From: Mytilus californianus
Lineage: Eukaryota
Direction of reading: 5' to 3'
DNA: 64,000 bases
Assembly: GCF_021869535.1 (NCBI RefSeq)
Contig: NW_026262674.1
Coordinates: forward strand, 2,108,001-2,172,000
Numbering within the stretch: the stretch's first letter is position 1; each line of letters begins with the position of its first letter. The translations under genes were made by a program, and so were the position numbers. Shown piece after piece: positions 35,492 through 48,535 of this stretch. The notes beneath the pieces are model-generated. The model was not told where the DNA came from. It saw only the letters and a list, made by a program, of their open reading frames with translations, and did not search any database.

Positions 35492-38400
35492 ACAAGTAGT
35501 AAGACGGAAATCCTTAGACAGGGAAATAAAGGGGATGGGAACAACAAGTAGTAAGACGGCAAGCCTTAGACAGGGAAACAAGGGGGATGGGAACAACAAG
35601 TAGTAAGACAGAGGGCCTTAGACAGGGAAATAACGGGACTGGGAACAACAAGTAGTACGACAGAAAGCTTTAGACAGGGAAAGAAGGGGACTGGGAACAA
35701 CAAGAGTAAGACAGAAAGCCTTAGACAGGGCAAGGAGGGGCTGGGAACAACAAGTGGTAAGACGGAAAGTCTTAGACAGGGAAAGAAGGGGACTGGGAAC
35801 AACAAGTAGTAAGACAGAAAGCCTTAGACAGGGAAAGAAGGGTACTGTGAACAACAAGTAGTAAGACAGAAAGCCTTAGACAGGGAACAATAGGTTGGAA
35901 ACAAAAAGTAATAAGACGGACAATCTTAGATAGGGAAAGAAGGGGGCTGTGAACAACAAGTAGTAAGACAAAAAGCCTTAGACAGGTTACGAAGGGGCTG
36001 GAAAAAAAAGTAGCAAGAAGGAAAATCTCAGATAGGTAAAGAAGGGGCTGGGAACAACAAGTAGTAAGACGGAAAACATCAGAGAGGAAAAGAAGGGGAC
36101 TGGGAACAACAAGTAGTAAGACAGAAAGCCTTAGAATGGGAAAAAAGGGGGCTGGGAACGAGAAGTAGTAAGACGGAAAGCCTTATAAAGGGAAACAAGG
36201 GGCTTGGATCAACAAGTAGTAAGACAGAAAGCCTAAGACAGGGAAAGGAGGGGCTGGGAACAACAAGTTGTTAAGCGGAAAGCCTTAGACAGGGAAACAA
36301 GGGGACTGGGAACAACAAGTAGTAAGACAGAAAGCCTTAGACAAGGAAAGAAGGAGACTGGGAACAACAAGTAGTAAGACAGAAAGCCTTAGACACGGAA
36401 AGGAGGGGACTGGGAACAACAAGTAGTAAGACAGAAAGCCTAAGACAGGGAACGGGGGGGGGGGCTGGGAACAACAAGTGGTAAAGCGGAAAGCCTTAGA
36501 CAGGGAAACAAGGGGACTGGGAACAACAAGTAGTAGGACAGAAAGCCTTAGACAAGGAAAGAAGGGGACTGGGAACAACAAGTAGTAAGACAGAAAGCCT
36601 TAGACACGGAAAGGAGGGGACTGGGAACAACAAGTAGTAGGACGGAAAGCCTTAGACAGGGTAAGGAGGGGACTGGGAACAACAAGTAGTAAGACAGAAA
36701 GCCTTAGACAGGGAAAGGAGGGGCTGGGAACAACAAGTAGTAAGACAGAAAGCTTTAGACAGGGAAAGGAGGGGCTGGGAACAACAAGTAGTCAGACAGA
36801 AAGCCTTAGACAGGGAAAGGTCGGGCTGGGAACAACAAGTGGTAAGGCGGAAAGCCTTAGACAAGGAAACAAGGGGACTGGGAACAACAAGTAGTAAGAC
36901 AGAAAGCCTTAGACAAGGAAAGAAGGGGTCTGGGAACAACAAGTAGTAAGACAGAAAGCCTCAGACAGGGAAAGAAGAGGACTGGGAACAACAAGTAGTA
37001 AGACAGAAAGCCTTAGACAAGTAAAGAAGGGGACCGGAAAAAACAAGTAGTAAGACAGAAAGCTTTAGACAGGGAAAGAATGGGACTGGTAAAAAAGAAG
37101 TAGTAAGACAGAAAGCCTTAGACAGGGAAAGAAGGGGACTGTGAACAAACAGTAGTAAGACAGAAAGCCTTAGACAGGGAAAGGAGGGGTTGGGAATAAC
37201 AAGTAGTAAGACAGAAAGCCTTAGACAGGGAAAGGAGGGGCTTGGAACAACAAGTAGTAAGACAGAAAGCCTTAGACAGGGAGAAAAGGGGACTGGGAAC
37301 AACAAGTAGTAAGAGGGAAAGCCTCACACAGGTAAAGAAGGGGCTGGGAACAAAAAGTAGTAAGACGAAAAATATTAGATAGGGAAAAAAGGGGCTGAAT
37401 ACAACAAGAGGTCAGACGGCAAGCCTTAGACAGGGAAAGAAGGGGGATTGGAACAACAAGTAGAAGACAGAAAGCCGTAGACAGGAAGAGAAGGGGACTT
37501 GGAACAACAATTAGTTAGAGCGAAAGCCTCACACAGGTAAAGAAGGGGCTGGGAACAAAAAGTAGTAAGACAAAAAATATTAGATAGGGAAAAAAAGGGG
37601 GCTGAATACAACAAGTGCTAAGACGGCAATCCTTAGACAGGGAAAGAAGGGGGATGGGAACAACAAGTAGTAAGACAGAAAGCCTTTCGCAGGGAGAGAA
37701 AGGGACTGGGAACAACAAGTAGTAAGAGGGAAAGCCTCACACAGGTAAAGAAGGGACTGGGAACAAAAAGTAGTAAGACGAAAAATATTAGATAGGGAAA
37801 GAAGGGGGCTGTGAACAAAAAAAAGTAAGACGGAAAGCTTCTGACAGGGAAAGAAGGGGGGATAAGAACAACAAGTAGTAAGACAAAAAGCCTAAGACAG
37901 GTTAAGAAGGGGCTGGAAAAAAAGTAGCAGGAAGGAAAATCTCAAATAGGTAAAGACGGGGCTGGGAACAACAAGTAGTAAGACGGAAAGCATCAGAGAA
38001 GGAAAGAAGGGGACTGGGAACAACAAGTAGTAAGACAGAAAGCTTAAGACAGGGAAAAAGTGGACTTGGAACAACAAGTAGTAAGACAGAAAGCCTTAGA
38101 CAGGGAAAAAAGGGGGCTGGGAACAAGAAGTAGTAAGACGGAAAGCCTTATACAGGGAAACAAGGGGCTTGGAACAACAAGTAGTAAGACAGAAAGCCTT
38201 AGACAGGGAAAGGAGGGGATTAGAACAACAAGTAGTAAGACAGAAAGCCTTAGAGAGGGAAAGGAGGGGCTGGGAACAACAAGTGGTAAGGCGGAAATCC
38301 TTAGACAGGGAAACAAGGGGACTGGGAACAACAAGTAGTAAGACAGAAAGCCTTAGACAAGGAAAGAAGGTGACTGGGAACAACAAGTAGTAAGACAGAA

Positions 38401-41400
38401 AGCATCAGACAGGGAAAAAAGGGAACTGGGAACAAGAAGTAGTAAGACAGAAAGCCTTAGACAGGGAAAGGAGGGGCTTGGAACAACAAGTAGTAAGACA
38501 GAAAGCCTTAGACACGGAAAGGAGAGGACTGGGAACATTAAGTAGTAAGACGGAAAGCCTTAGACAGGGAAAGGAGGGGACTGGGAACAAGAAGTAGTAA
38601 GACAAAAAGCCTTAGACAGGGAAAGGAAGGGACTGGGAAGAACAAGTAGTAAGACAGAAAGCCTTAGACAGGGAAAGGAGGGGCTGGGAACAACAAGTGG
38701 TAAGGCGGAAAGCCTTAGACAGGGAAACAAGGGGACTGGGAACAACAAGAAGTAAGACAGAAAGCCTAAGACAAGAAAAGAAGGGGACTGGGAACAACAA
38801 GTAGTAAGACAGAAAGTTTCAGACAGGGAAAGGAGGGGACTGAGAACAGGAAGCAGTAAGACAGAAAGCCTTAGACAAGGAAAGAAGGGGAATGGGAACA
38901 ACAAGTAGTAAGATAGAAAGCGAAAGCTTTAGACAGGGAAAGAAGGGGACTGGTAACAAGAAGTAGTAAGATAGAAAGCCTTAGACAGGGAAAGAAGGGG
39001 ACTGTGAACAACAAGTAGTAAGACAGAAATCCTTAGACAGGGAAAGGAGGGGCTGGGAACAACAAGTAGTAAGACAGAAAGCCTTAGACAGGGAGAGAAG
39101 GGGACTGGAAACAACAGTTAGTAAGAGGGAAAGCCTCACACAGGTAAAGAAGGGGCTGGGAACAAAAAGTAGTAAGACGAAAAATATTAGATAGGGAAAA
39201 AAGGGGGCTGAATACAGCAAGCCTTAGACAGGGAAAGAAGGGGGATGGGAACAACAAGTAGTAAGACAGAAAGCATTAGACAAGGAGAGAAGGGGACTTG
39301 GAACAACAAGTAGTAAGAGGGAAAGCCTCACACAGGTAAAGAAGGGGCTGGGAACAAAAAGTAGTAAGACGAAAAATAATAGATAGGGAAAAAAGGGGGC
39401 TGAATACAACAAGTGGTAAGACGGCAAGCCTTAGACAGGGAAAAAAGGGGGCTGGGAACAAGAAGTAGTAAGACAGAAAGCCTTATACAGGAAAACAAGG
39501 GGTTTGGAACAACAAGTAGTAAGACAGAAAGCCTTAGACAGGGAAAGGAGGGGCTGAGAACAACAAGTAGTAAGACAGAAAGCCTTATACAGGGAAACAA
39601 GGGGACTGGGAACAGCAAGTAGTAAGACAGAAAGCCTTAGATAGGGAAAGGAGGGGCTGGGAACAACAAGTGGTAAGGCGGAAAGCCTTAGACAGGGAAA
39701 CAAGGGGACTGGGAACAACAAGTAGTAAGACAGAAAGCCTCAGGCAGGGAAAAAAGGGAACTGGGAACAAAAAGTAGTAAGGCAGAAAGCCTTAGACAGG
39801 GAAAGGTGGGGCTGGGAACAACAAGTAGTTAGACAGAAAGCCTTAGACACGGAAAGGAGGGGACTGGGAACAACAAGTAGTAATACGGAAAGCCTTAGAC
39901 AGGGAAAGGAGGGGACTGGGAACAACAAGTGGTAAGGCGGAAAGCCTTAGACAGGGAAACAAGGGGACTGGGAACAACAAGAAGTAAGACAGAAAGCCTC
40001 AGACAAGGAAAGAAGAGGGCTGGGAACAACAAGTAGTAAGACAGAAAGCCTCAGACAGGGAAAGAAGGAGACTGAGAACAAGAAGTAGTAAGACAGAAAG
40101 CCTTAGACAAGGAAAGAAGGGGACTGGGAACAACAAGTAGTAAGACAGAAAGCCTCAGACAGGGAAAGAAGGGGACTGGGAACAAGAAGTAGTAAGACAG
40201 AAAGCCTTAGACAAGGAAAGAAGGGGACTGGGAAAAACAAGTAGTAAGACAGAAAGCTTTTAGACAGGGAAAGAAGGGGACTGGTAACAAAAAGAAGTAA
40301 GACAGAAAGCCTTAGACAGGGAAAGAAGGGGAATGTGAACAACAAGTAGTAAGACAGAAAGCCTTAGAAAGGGAAAGAAGGGGTTGGGAACAACAAGTAG
40401 TAAGACAGAAAGCCTTAGACAGGGAAAGGAGGGGCTGGGAACAACAAGTAGTAAGACAGAAAGCCTGAGACAGGGAGAAAAAGGGACTGGGAACAACAAG
40501 TAGTAAGAGGGAAAGCCTCACACAGGTAAAGAAGGGGCTGGGAACAAAAAGTAGTAAGACGAAAAATTTAGATAGGGAAAAAAGGGGGCTGAATACAACA
40601 AGTGGTCAGACGGCAAGCCTTAGACAGGAACAGAAGGAGGATGGGAACAACAAGTAGAAGACAGAAAGCCTTAGACAGGGAAAGAAGGGGAATGTGAACA
40701 ACAAGTAGTAAGACAGAAAGCCTTAGAAAGGGAAAGAAGGGGTTGGGAATAACAAGTAGTAAGACAGAAAGCCTTAGACAGGGAAAGGAGGGGCTGGGAA
40801 CAACAAGTAGTAAGACAGAAAGCCTTAGACAGGGAGAAAAGGGGACTGGGAACAACAAGTAGTAAGAGGGAAAGCCTCACACAGGTAAAGAAGGGGCTGG
40901 GAACAAAAAGTAGTAAGACGAAAAATATTAGATAGGGAAAAAAGGGGCTGAATACAACAAGAGGTCAGACGGCAAGCCTTAGACAGGGAAAGAAGGGGGA
41001 TTGGAACAACAAGTAGAAGACAGAAAGCCGTAGACAGGAAGAGAAGGGGACTTGGAACAACAATTAGTAAGAGGGAAAGCCTCACACAGGTAAAGAAGGG
41101 GCCTGGGAACAAAAAGTAGTAAGACAAAAAATATTAGATAGGGAAAAAAAGGGGGCTGAATACAACAAGTGCTAAGACGGCAATCCTTAGACAGGGAAAG
41201 AAGGGGGATGGGAACAACAAGTAGTAAGACAGAAAGCCTTTCACAGGGAGAGAAAGGGACTGGGAACAACAAGTAGTAAGAGGGAAAGCCTCACACAGGT
41301 AAAGAAGGGACTGGGAACAAAAAGTAGTAAGACGAAAAATATTAGATAGGGAAAGAAGGGGGCTGTGAACAAAAAAAAGTAAGACGGAAAGCTTCTGACA

Positions 41401-44400
41401 GGGAAAGAAGGGGGGATAAGAACAACAAGTAGTAAGACAAAAAGCCTAAGACAGGTTAAGAAGGGGCTGGAAAAAAAGTAGCAGGAAGGAAAATCTCAAA
41501 TAGGTAAAGAAGGGGCTGGGAACAACAAGTAGTAAGACGGAAAGCATCAGAGAAGGAAAGAAGGGGACTGGGAACAACAAGTAGTAAGACAGAAAGCTTA
41601 AGACAGGGAAAAAGTGGACTTGGAACAACAAGTAGTAAGACAGAAAGCCTTAGACAGGGAAAAAAGGGGGCTGGGAACAAGAAGTAGTAAGACGGAAAGC
41701 CTTATACAGGGAAACAAGGGGCTTGGAACAACAAGTAGTAAGACAGAAAGCCTTAGACAGGGAAAGGAGGGGATTAGAACAACAAGTAGTAAGACAGAAA
41801 GCCTTAGAGAGGGAAAGGAGGGGCTGGGAACAACAAGTGGTAAGGCGGAAATCCTTAGACAGGGAAACAAGGGGACTGGGAACAACAAGTAGTAAGACAG
41901 AAAGCCTTAGACAAGGAAAGAAGGTGACTGGGAACAACAAGTAGTAAGACAGAAAGCATCAGACAGGGAAAAAAGGGAACTGGGAACAAGAAGTAGTAAG
42001 ACAGAAAGCCTTAGACAGGGAAAGGAGGGGCTTGGAACAACAAGTAGTAAGACAGAAAGCCTTAGACACGGAAAGGAGGGGACTGGGAACATTAAGTAGT
42101 AAGACGGAAAGCCTTAGACAGGGAAAGGAGGGGACTGGGAACAAGAAGTAGTAAGACAAAAAGCCTTAGACAGGGAAAGGAAGGGACTGGGAAGAACAAG
42201 TAGTAAGACAGAAAGCCTTAGACAGGGAAAGGAGGGGCTGGGAACAACAAGTGGTAAGGCGGAAAGCCTTAGACAGGGAAACAAGGGGACTGGGAACAAC
42301 AAGAAGTAAGACAGAAAGCCTTAGACAAGGAAAGAAGGGGACTGGGAACAACAAGTAGTAAGACAGAAAGTTTCAGACAGGGAAAGGAGGGGACTGAGAA
42401 CAGGAAGCAGTAAGACAGAAAGCCTTAGACAAGGAAAGAAGGGGAATGGGAACAACAAGTAGTAAGATAGAAAGCGAAAGCTTTAGACAGGGAAAGAAGG
42501 GGACTGGTAACAAGAAGTAGTAAGATAGAAAGCCTTAGACAGGGAAAGAAGGGGACTGTGAACAACAAGTAGTAAGACAGAAAGCCTTAGACAGGGAAAG
42601 GAGGGGCTGGAAACAACAAGTAGTAAGACAGAAAGCCTTAGACAGGGAGAGAAGGGGACTGGAAACAACAATTAGTAAGAGGGAAAGCCTCACACAGGTA
42701 AAGAAGGGGCTGGGAACAAAAAGTAGTAAGACGAAAAATATTAGATAGGGAAAAAAGGGGGCTGAATACAGCAAGCCTTAGACAGGGAAAGAAGGGGGAT
42801 GGGAACAACAAGTAGTAAGACAGAAAGCATTAGACAAGGAGAGAAGGGGACTTGGAACAACAAGTAGTAAGAGGGAAAGCCTCACACAGGTAAAGAAGGG
42901 GCTGGGAACAAAAAGTAGTAAGACGAAAAATAATAGATAGGGAAAAAAGGGGGATGAATACAACAAGTGGTAAGACGGCAAGCCTTAGACAGGGAAAAAA
43001 GTGGGCTGGGAACAAGAAGTAGTAAGACAGAAAGCCTTATACAGGAAAAGGAGGGGCTGAGAACAACAAGTAGTAAGACAGAAAGCCTTATACAGGGACA
43101 CAAGGGGACTGGGAACAACAAGTAGTAAGACAGAAAGCCTTAGATAGGGAAAGGAGGGGCTGGGAACAACAAGTGGTAAGGCGGAAAGCCTTAGACAGGG
43201 AAACAAGGGGACTGGGAACAACAAGTAGTAAGACAGAAAGCCTCAGACAGGGAAAAAAGGGAACTGGGAACAAAAAGTAGTAAGGCAGAGAGCCTTAGAC
43301 AGGGAAAGGTGGGGCTGGGAACAACAAGTAGTAAGACAGAAAGCCTTAGACACGGAAAGGAGGGGACTGGGAACAACAAGTAGTAATACGGAAAGCCTTA
43401 GACAGGGAAAGGAGGGGACTGGGAACAACAAGTGGTAAGGCGGAAAGCCTTAGACAGGGAAACAAGGGGACTGGGAACAACAAGTAGTAAGACAGAAAGC
43501 CTCAGACAGGGAAAGAAGGGGACTGAGAACAAGAAGTAGTAAGACAGAAAGCCTTAGACAAGGAAAGAAGGGGACTAGGAACAACAAGTAGTAAGACAGA
43601 AAGCCTCAGACAGGGAAAGAAGGGGACTGGGAACAAGAAGTAGTAAGACAGAAAGCCTTAGACAAGGAAAGAAGGGGACTGGGAAAAACAAGTAGTAAGA
43701 CAGAAAGCTTTAGACAGGGAAAGAAGGGGACTGGTAACAAGAAGAAGTAAGACAGAAAGCCTTAGACAGGGAAAGAAGGGGAATGTGAACAACAAGTAGT
43801 AAGACAGAAAGCCTTAGAAAGGGAAAGAAGGGGTTGGGAACAACAAGTAGTAAGACAGAAAGCCTTAGACAGGGAAAGGAGGGGCTGGGAACAACAAGTA
43901 GTAAGACAGAAAGCCTGAGACAGGGAGAAAAGGGGACTGGGAACAACAAGTAGTAAGAGGGAAAGCCTCACACAGGTAAAGAAGGGGCTGGGAACAAAAA
44001 GTAGTAAGACGAAAAATTTAGATAGGGAAAAAAGGGGGCTGGATACAACAAGTGGTCAGACGGCAAGCCTTAGACAGGAACAGAAGGAGGATGGGAACAA
44101 CAAGTAGAAGACAGAAAGCCGTAGACAGGGAGAGAAGGGGACTTGGAACAACAAGTAGTAAGACAGAAAGCCTCAGACAGGGAAAGAAGGGGACTGAGAA
44201 CAAGAAGTAGTAAGACAGAAAGCCTTAGACAAGGAAAGAAGGGGACTGGGAACAACAAGTAGTAAGACAGAAAGCCTCAGACAGGGAAAGAAGGGGATTG
44301 GGAACAAGAAGTAGTAAGACAGAAAGCCTTAGACAAGGAAAGAAGGGGACTGGGAAAAACAAGTAGTAAGACAGAAAGCTTTAGACAGGGAAAGAATGGG

Positions 44401-47400
44401 GCTGGTAACAAGAAGTAGTAAGACAGAAAGCCTTAGATAGGCAAAGAAGGGGAATGTGAACAACAAGTAGTAAGACAGAAAGCCTTAGACAGGGAAAGGA
44501 GGGGCTGAATACAACAAGTGGTAAGACGGCAAGCCTTAGACAGGGAAAGGAGGGGCTGAGAACAACAAGTAGTAAGACAGAAAGCCTTATACAGGGAAAC
44601 AAGGGGACTGGGAACAAGAAGTAGTAAGACAGAAAGCCTTAGACAAGGAAAGAAGGGGACTGGGAAAAACAAGTAGTAAGACAGAAAGCTTTAGACAGGG
44701 AAAGAAGGGGACTGGTAACAAGAAGAAGTAAGACAGAAAGCCTTAGACAGGGAAAGAAGGGGAATGTGAACAACAAGTAGTAAGACAGAAAGCCTTAGAA
44801 AGGGAAAGAAGGGGTTGGGAACAACAAGTAGTAAGACAGAAAGCCTTAGACAGGGAAAGGAGGGGCTGGGAACAACAAGTAGTAAGACAGAAAGCCTGAG
44901 ACAGGGAGAAAAGGGGACTGGGAACAACAAGTAGTAAGAGGGAAAGCCTCACACAGGTAAAGAAGGGGCTGGGAACAAAAAGTAGTAAGACGAAAAATTT
45001 AGATAGGGAAAAAAGGGGGCTGGATACAACAAGTGGTCAGACGGCAAGCCTTAGACAGGAACAGAAGGAGGATGGGAACAACAAGTAGAAGACAGAAAGC
45101 CGTAGACAGGGAGAGAAGGGGACTTGGAACAACAAGTAGTAAGACAGAAAGCCTCAGACAGGGAAAGAAGGGGACTGAGAACAAGAAGTAGTAAGACAGA
45201 AAGCCTTAGACAAGGAAAGAAGGGGACTGGGAACAACAAGTAGTAAGACAGAAAGCCTCAGACAGGGAAAGAAGGGGATTGGGAACAAGAAGTAGTAAGA
45301 CAGAAAGCCTTAGACAAGGAAAGAAGGGGACTGGGAAAAACAAGTAGTAAGACAGAAAGCTTTAGACAGGGAAAGAATGGGGCTGGTAACAAGAAGTAGT
45401 AAGACAGAAAGCCTTAGATAGGCAAAGAAGGGGAATGTGAACAACAAGTAGTAAGACAGAAAGCCTTAGACAGGGAAAGGAGGGGCTGAATACAACAAGT
45501 GGTAAGACGGCAAGCCTTAGACAGGGAAAGGAGGGGCTGAGAACAACAAGTAGTAAGACAGAAAGCCTTATACAGGGAAACAAGGGGACTGGGAACAACA
45601 AGTAGTAAGACAGAAAGCCTTAGACAGGGAAAGGAGGGGCTGGGAACAACAAGTGGTAAGGCGGAAAGCCTTAGACAGGGAAACAAGGGGACTGGGAACA
45701 ACAAGTAGTAAGACAGAAAGCCTGAGACAAGGAAAGAAGGGGACTGGGAACAAGAAATAGTAAGGCAGAAAGCCTTAGACAGGGAAAGGTGGGGCTGGGA
45801 ACAACACGTAGTAAGACAGAAAGCCTTAGAAAGGGAAAGAAGGGGTTGGGAACAACAAGTAGTTAGACAGAAAGCCTGAGACAGGGAGAAAAGGGGACTG
45901 GGAACAACAAGTAGTAAGAGGGAAAGCCTCACTCAGGTAAAGAAGGGGCTGGGAACAAAAAGTAGCAAGACGAAAAATATTAGATAGGGAAAAAAGGGGG
46001 CTGAATACAACAAGTGGTAAGACGGCAAGCCTTAGACAGGGAAAGAAGGGGGATGGGAACAACAAGTAGTAAGACAGAAAGCCTTTCACAGGGAGAGAAG
46101 GGGACTGGGAACAACACGTAGTAAGAGGGAAAACCTCACACAGGTAAAGAAGGGGCTGGGAACAAAAAGTAGTAAGACGAAAAACATTAGATAGGGAAAG
46201 AAGGGGGTTTAAGAACAACAAGTAGTAAGACAAAAAGCCTAAGACAGGTTAAGAAGGGGCTGGAAAAAAAGTAGCAGGTAGGAAAATCTCAGATAAGTAA
46301 AGAAGGGGCTGGGAACAACAAGTAGTAAGACGGAAAGCATCAGAGAGGGAAAGAAGGGGACTGGGAACAAGTAGTAAGACAGAAAGCTTAAGACAGGGAA
46401 AAAGGGGACTGGGAACAACAAGTAGTAAGACAGAAAGCCTTAGACAGGGAAAAAAGGGGGCTGGCAACAAGAAGTAGTAAGACGGAAAGCCTTATACAGG
46501 GAAACAAGGGGCTTGGAACAACAAGTAGTAAGACAGAAAGCCTTAGACAGGGAAAGGAGGGGCTGAGAACAACAAGTAGTAAGACAGAAAGCCTTAGACA
46601 GGGAAAGGAGGGGCTGGGAACAACAAGTGGTAAGGCGGAAAGCCTTAGACAGGGAAACAAGGGGACTGGGAACAACAAGTAGTAAGACAGAAAGCCTTAG
46701 ACAAGAAAAGAAGGGGACTGGGAACAACAAGTAGTAAGACAGAAAGCCTCAGACAGGGAAAAAAGGGAACTGGGAACAAGAAGTAATAAGAGAGAAAGCC
46801 TTAGACAGGGAAAGGAGGGGCTGGGAACAGCAAGTAGTAAGACAGAAAGCCTTAGACACGGAAAGGAGGGGACTGGGAACAACAAGTAGTAAGACGGAAA
46901 GCCTTAGACAGGGAAAGGAGGGGACTGGGAACAAGAAGTAGTAAGACAGAAAGCCTTAGACAGGGAAAGAAGGGGCTGGGAACAACAAGTAGTAAGACAG
47001 AAAGCCTTAGACAGGGAAAGGAGGGGCTGGAAACAACAAGTAGTAAGACAGAAAGCCTTAGACAGGGAAAGGAGGGGCTGGGAACAACAAGTGGTAAGGC
47101 GGAAAACCTTAGACAGGAAAGGAGGGGCTGGGAACAACAAGAAGTAAGACAGAAAGCCTTAGACAAGGAAAGAAGGGGACTGGGAACAACAAGTAGTGAG
47201 ACAGAAAGCCTCAGACAGGGAAAAAAGGAGACTGAGAACAAGAAGTAGTAAGACAGAAAGCCTTAGACAGGGAAAGAAGGGGAATGTGAACAACACGTAG
47301 TAAGACAGAAAGCCTTAGAAAGGGAAAGAAGGGGTTGGGAACAACAAGTAGTAAGACAGAAAGCCTGAGACAGGGAGAAAAGGGGACTGGGAACAACAAG

Positions 47401-48535
47401 TAGTAAGAGGGAAAGCCTCACACAGGTAAAGAAGGGGCTTGGAACAAAAAGTAGTAAGACGAAAAATATTAGATAGGGAAAAAAGGGGGCTGAATACAAC
47501 AAGTGGTAAGACGGCAAGCCTTAGACAGGGAAAGGAGGGGCTGGAAACAACAAGTAGTAAGACAGAAAGCCTTAGACAGGGAAAGGAGGGGCTGGGAACA
47601 ACAAGTGGTAAGGCGGAAAACCTTAGACAGGGAAAGGAGGGGCTGGGAACAACAAGAAGTAAGACAGAAAGCCTTAGACAAGGAAAGAAGGGGACTGGGA
47701 ACAACAAGTAGTGAGACAGAAAGCCTCAGACAGGGAAAAAAGGGGACTGAGAACAAGAAGTAGTAAGACAGAAAGCCTTAGACAAGGAAAGAAGGGGACT
47801 GGGAACAACAAGTAGTAAGACAGAAAGCTTTAGACAGGGAAAGAAGGGGACTGGTAACAAGAAGTAGTAAGACAGAAAGCCTTAGACAGGGAAAGAAGGG
47901 GACTGTGAACAACAAGTAGTAAGACAGAAAGCCTTAGACAGGGAGAGAAGGGGACCGGGAACAACAAGTAGTAAGAGGGAAAGCCTCACACAGGTAAAGA
48001 AGGGGCTTGGAACAAAAAGTAGTAAGACGAAAAATATTAGATAGGGAAAAATGGGGGCTGAATACAACAAGTGGTAAGACGGCAAGCCTTAGACAGGGAA
48101 AGAAGGGGAATGGGAACAACAAGTAGTAAGACAGAAAGCCTTAGACAGGGAGAGAAGTGGACTTGGAACAACAAGTAGTACGAGGGAAAGCCTCACACAG
48201 GTAAAGAAGGGGCTGGGAACAAAAAGTAGTAAGACGAAAAATATTAGATAGGGAAAAAAGGGGGGCTGAATACAACAAGTAGTAAGACAGAAAGCCTTAG
48301 ACAGGGAAAGAAGTGGGGATGGGAACAACAAGTAGTAATACGGAAAGCCTACGACAGATAAAGAAGGGCTGGAAGCAATAAGTAGTAAAACGGAATGCCT
48401 CAGACAGGGAAAGAAGGGGTCTCGGAACAACAAGTTGTAAGACGGTAAGCCTTAGACAGGGAAAGAATGAGGCTGGAAACAACAAGTAGTGAGACGGAAA
48501 GCCTTAGACAGGGAAAGGAAGGGGGCTGGGAACAA
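35492..48535. repeat. ~13-kb satellite array of 51/52-bp monomers (~250 copies) with higher-order repeats
   Basis: Consensus cttagacagggaaagaaggggactgggaacaacaagtagtaagacagaaagc (40/52 purines); block duplications at offsets of ~3554 and 981 bp. Confidence 0.97.

Noticed and set aside
35330-48485. Dozens of Leu/Pro/Ser/Cys-rich minus-strand ORFs and Arg/Gly/Lys-rich plus-strand ORFs in the ORF track
   Set aside because: They are translations of the 51/52-bp satellite, whose pyrimidine-rich strand lacks stops in some frames. Frames shift with monomer length and there are no usable donors.
33265-48535. CRISPR-like appearance of the regular repeats
   Set aside because: Monomers are contiguous with no unique spacers, there are no cas genes, and the context is a eukaryotic intron-containing locus.
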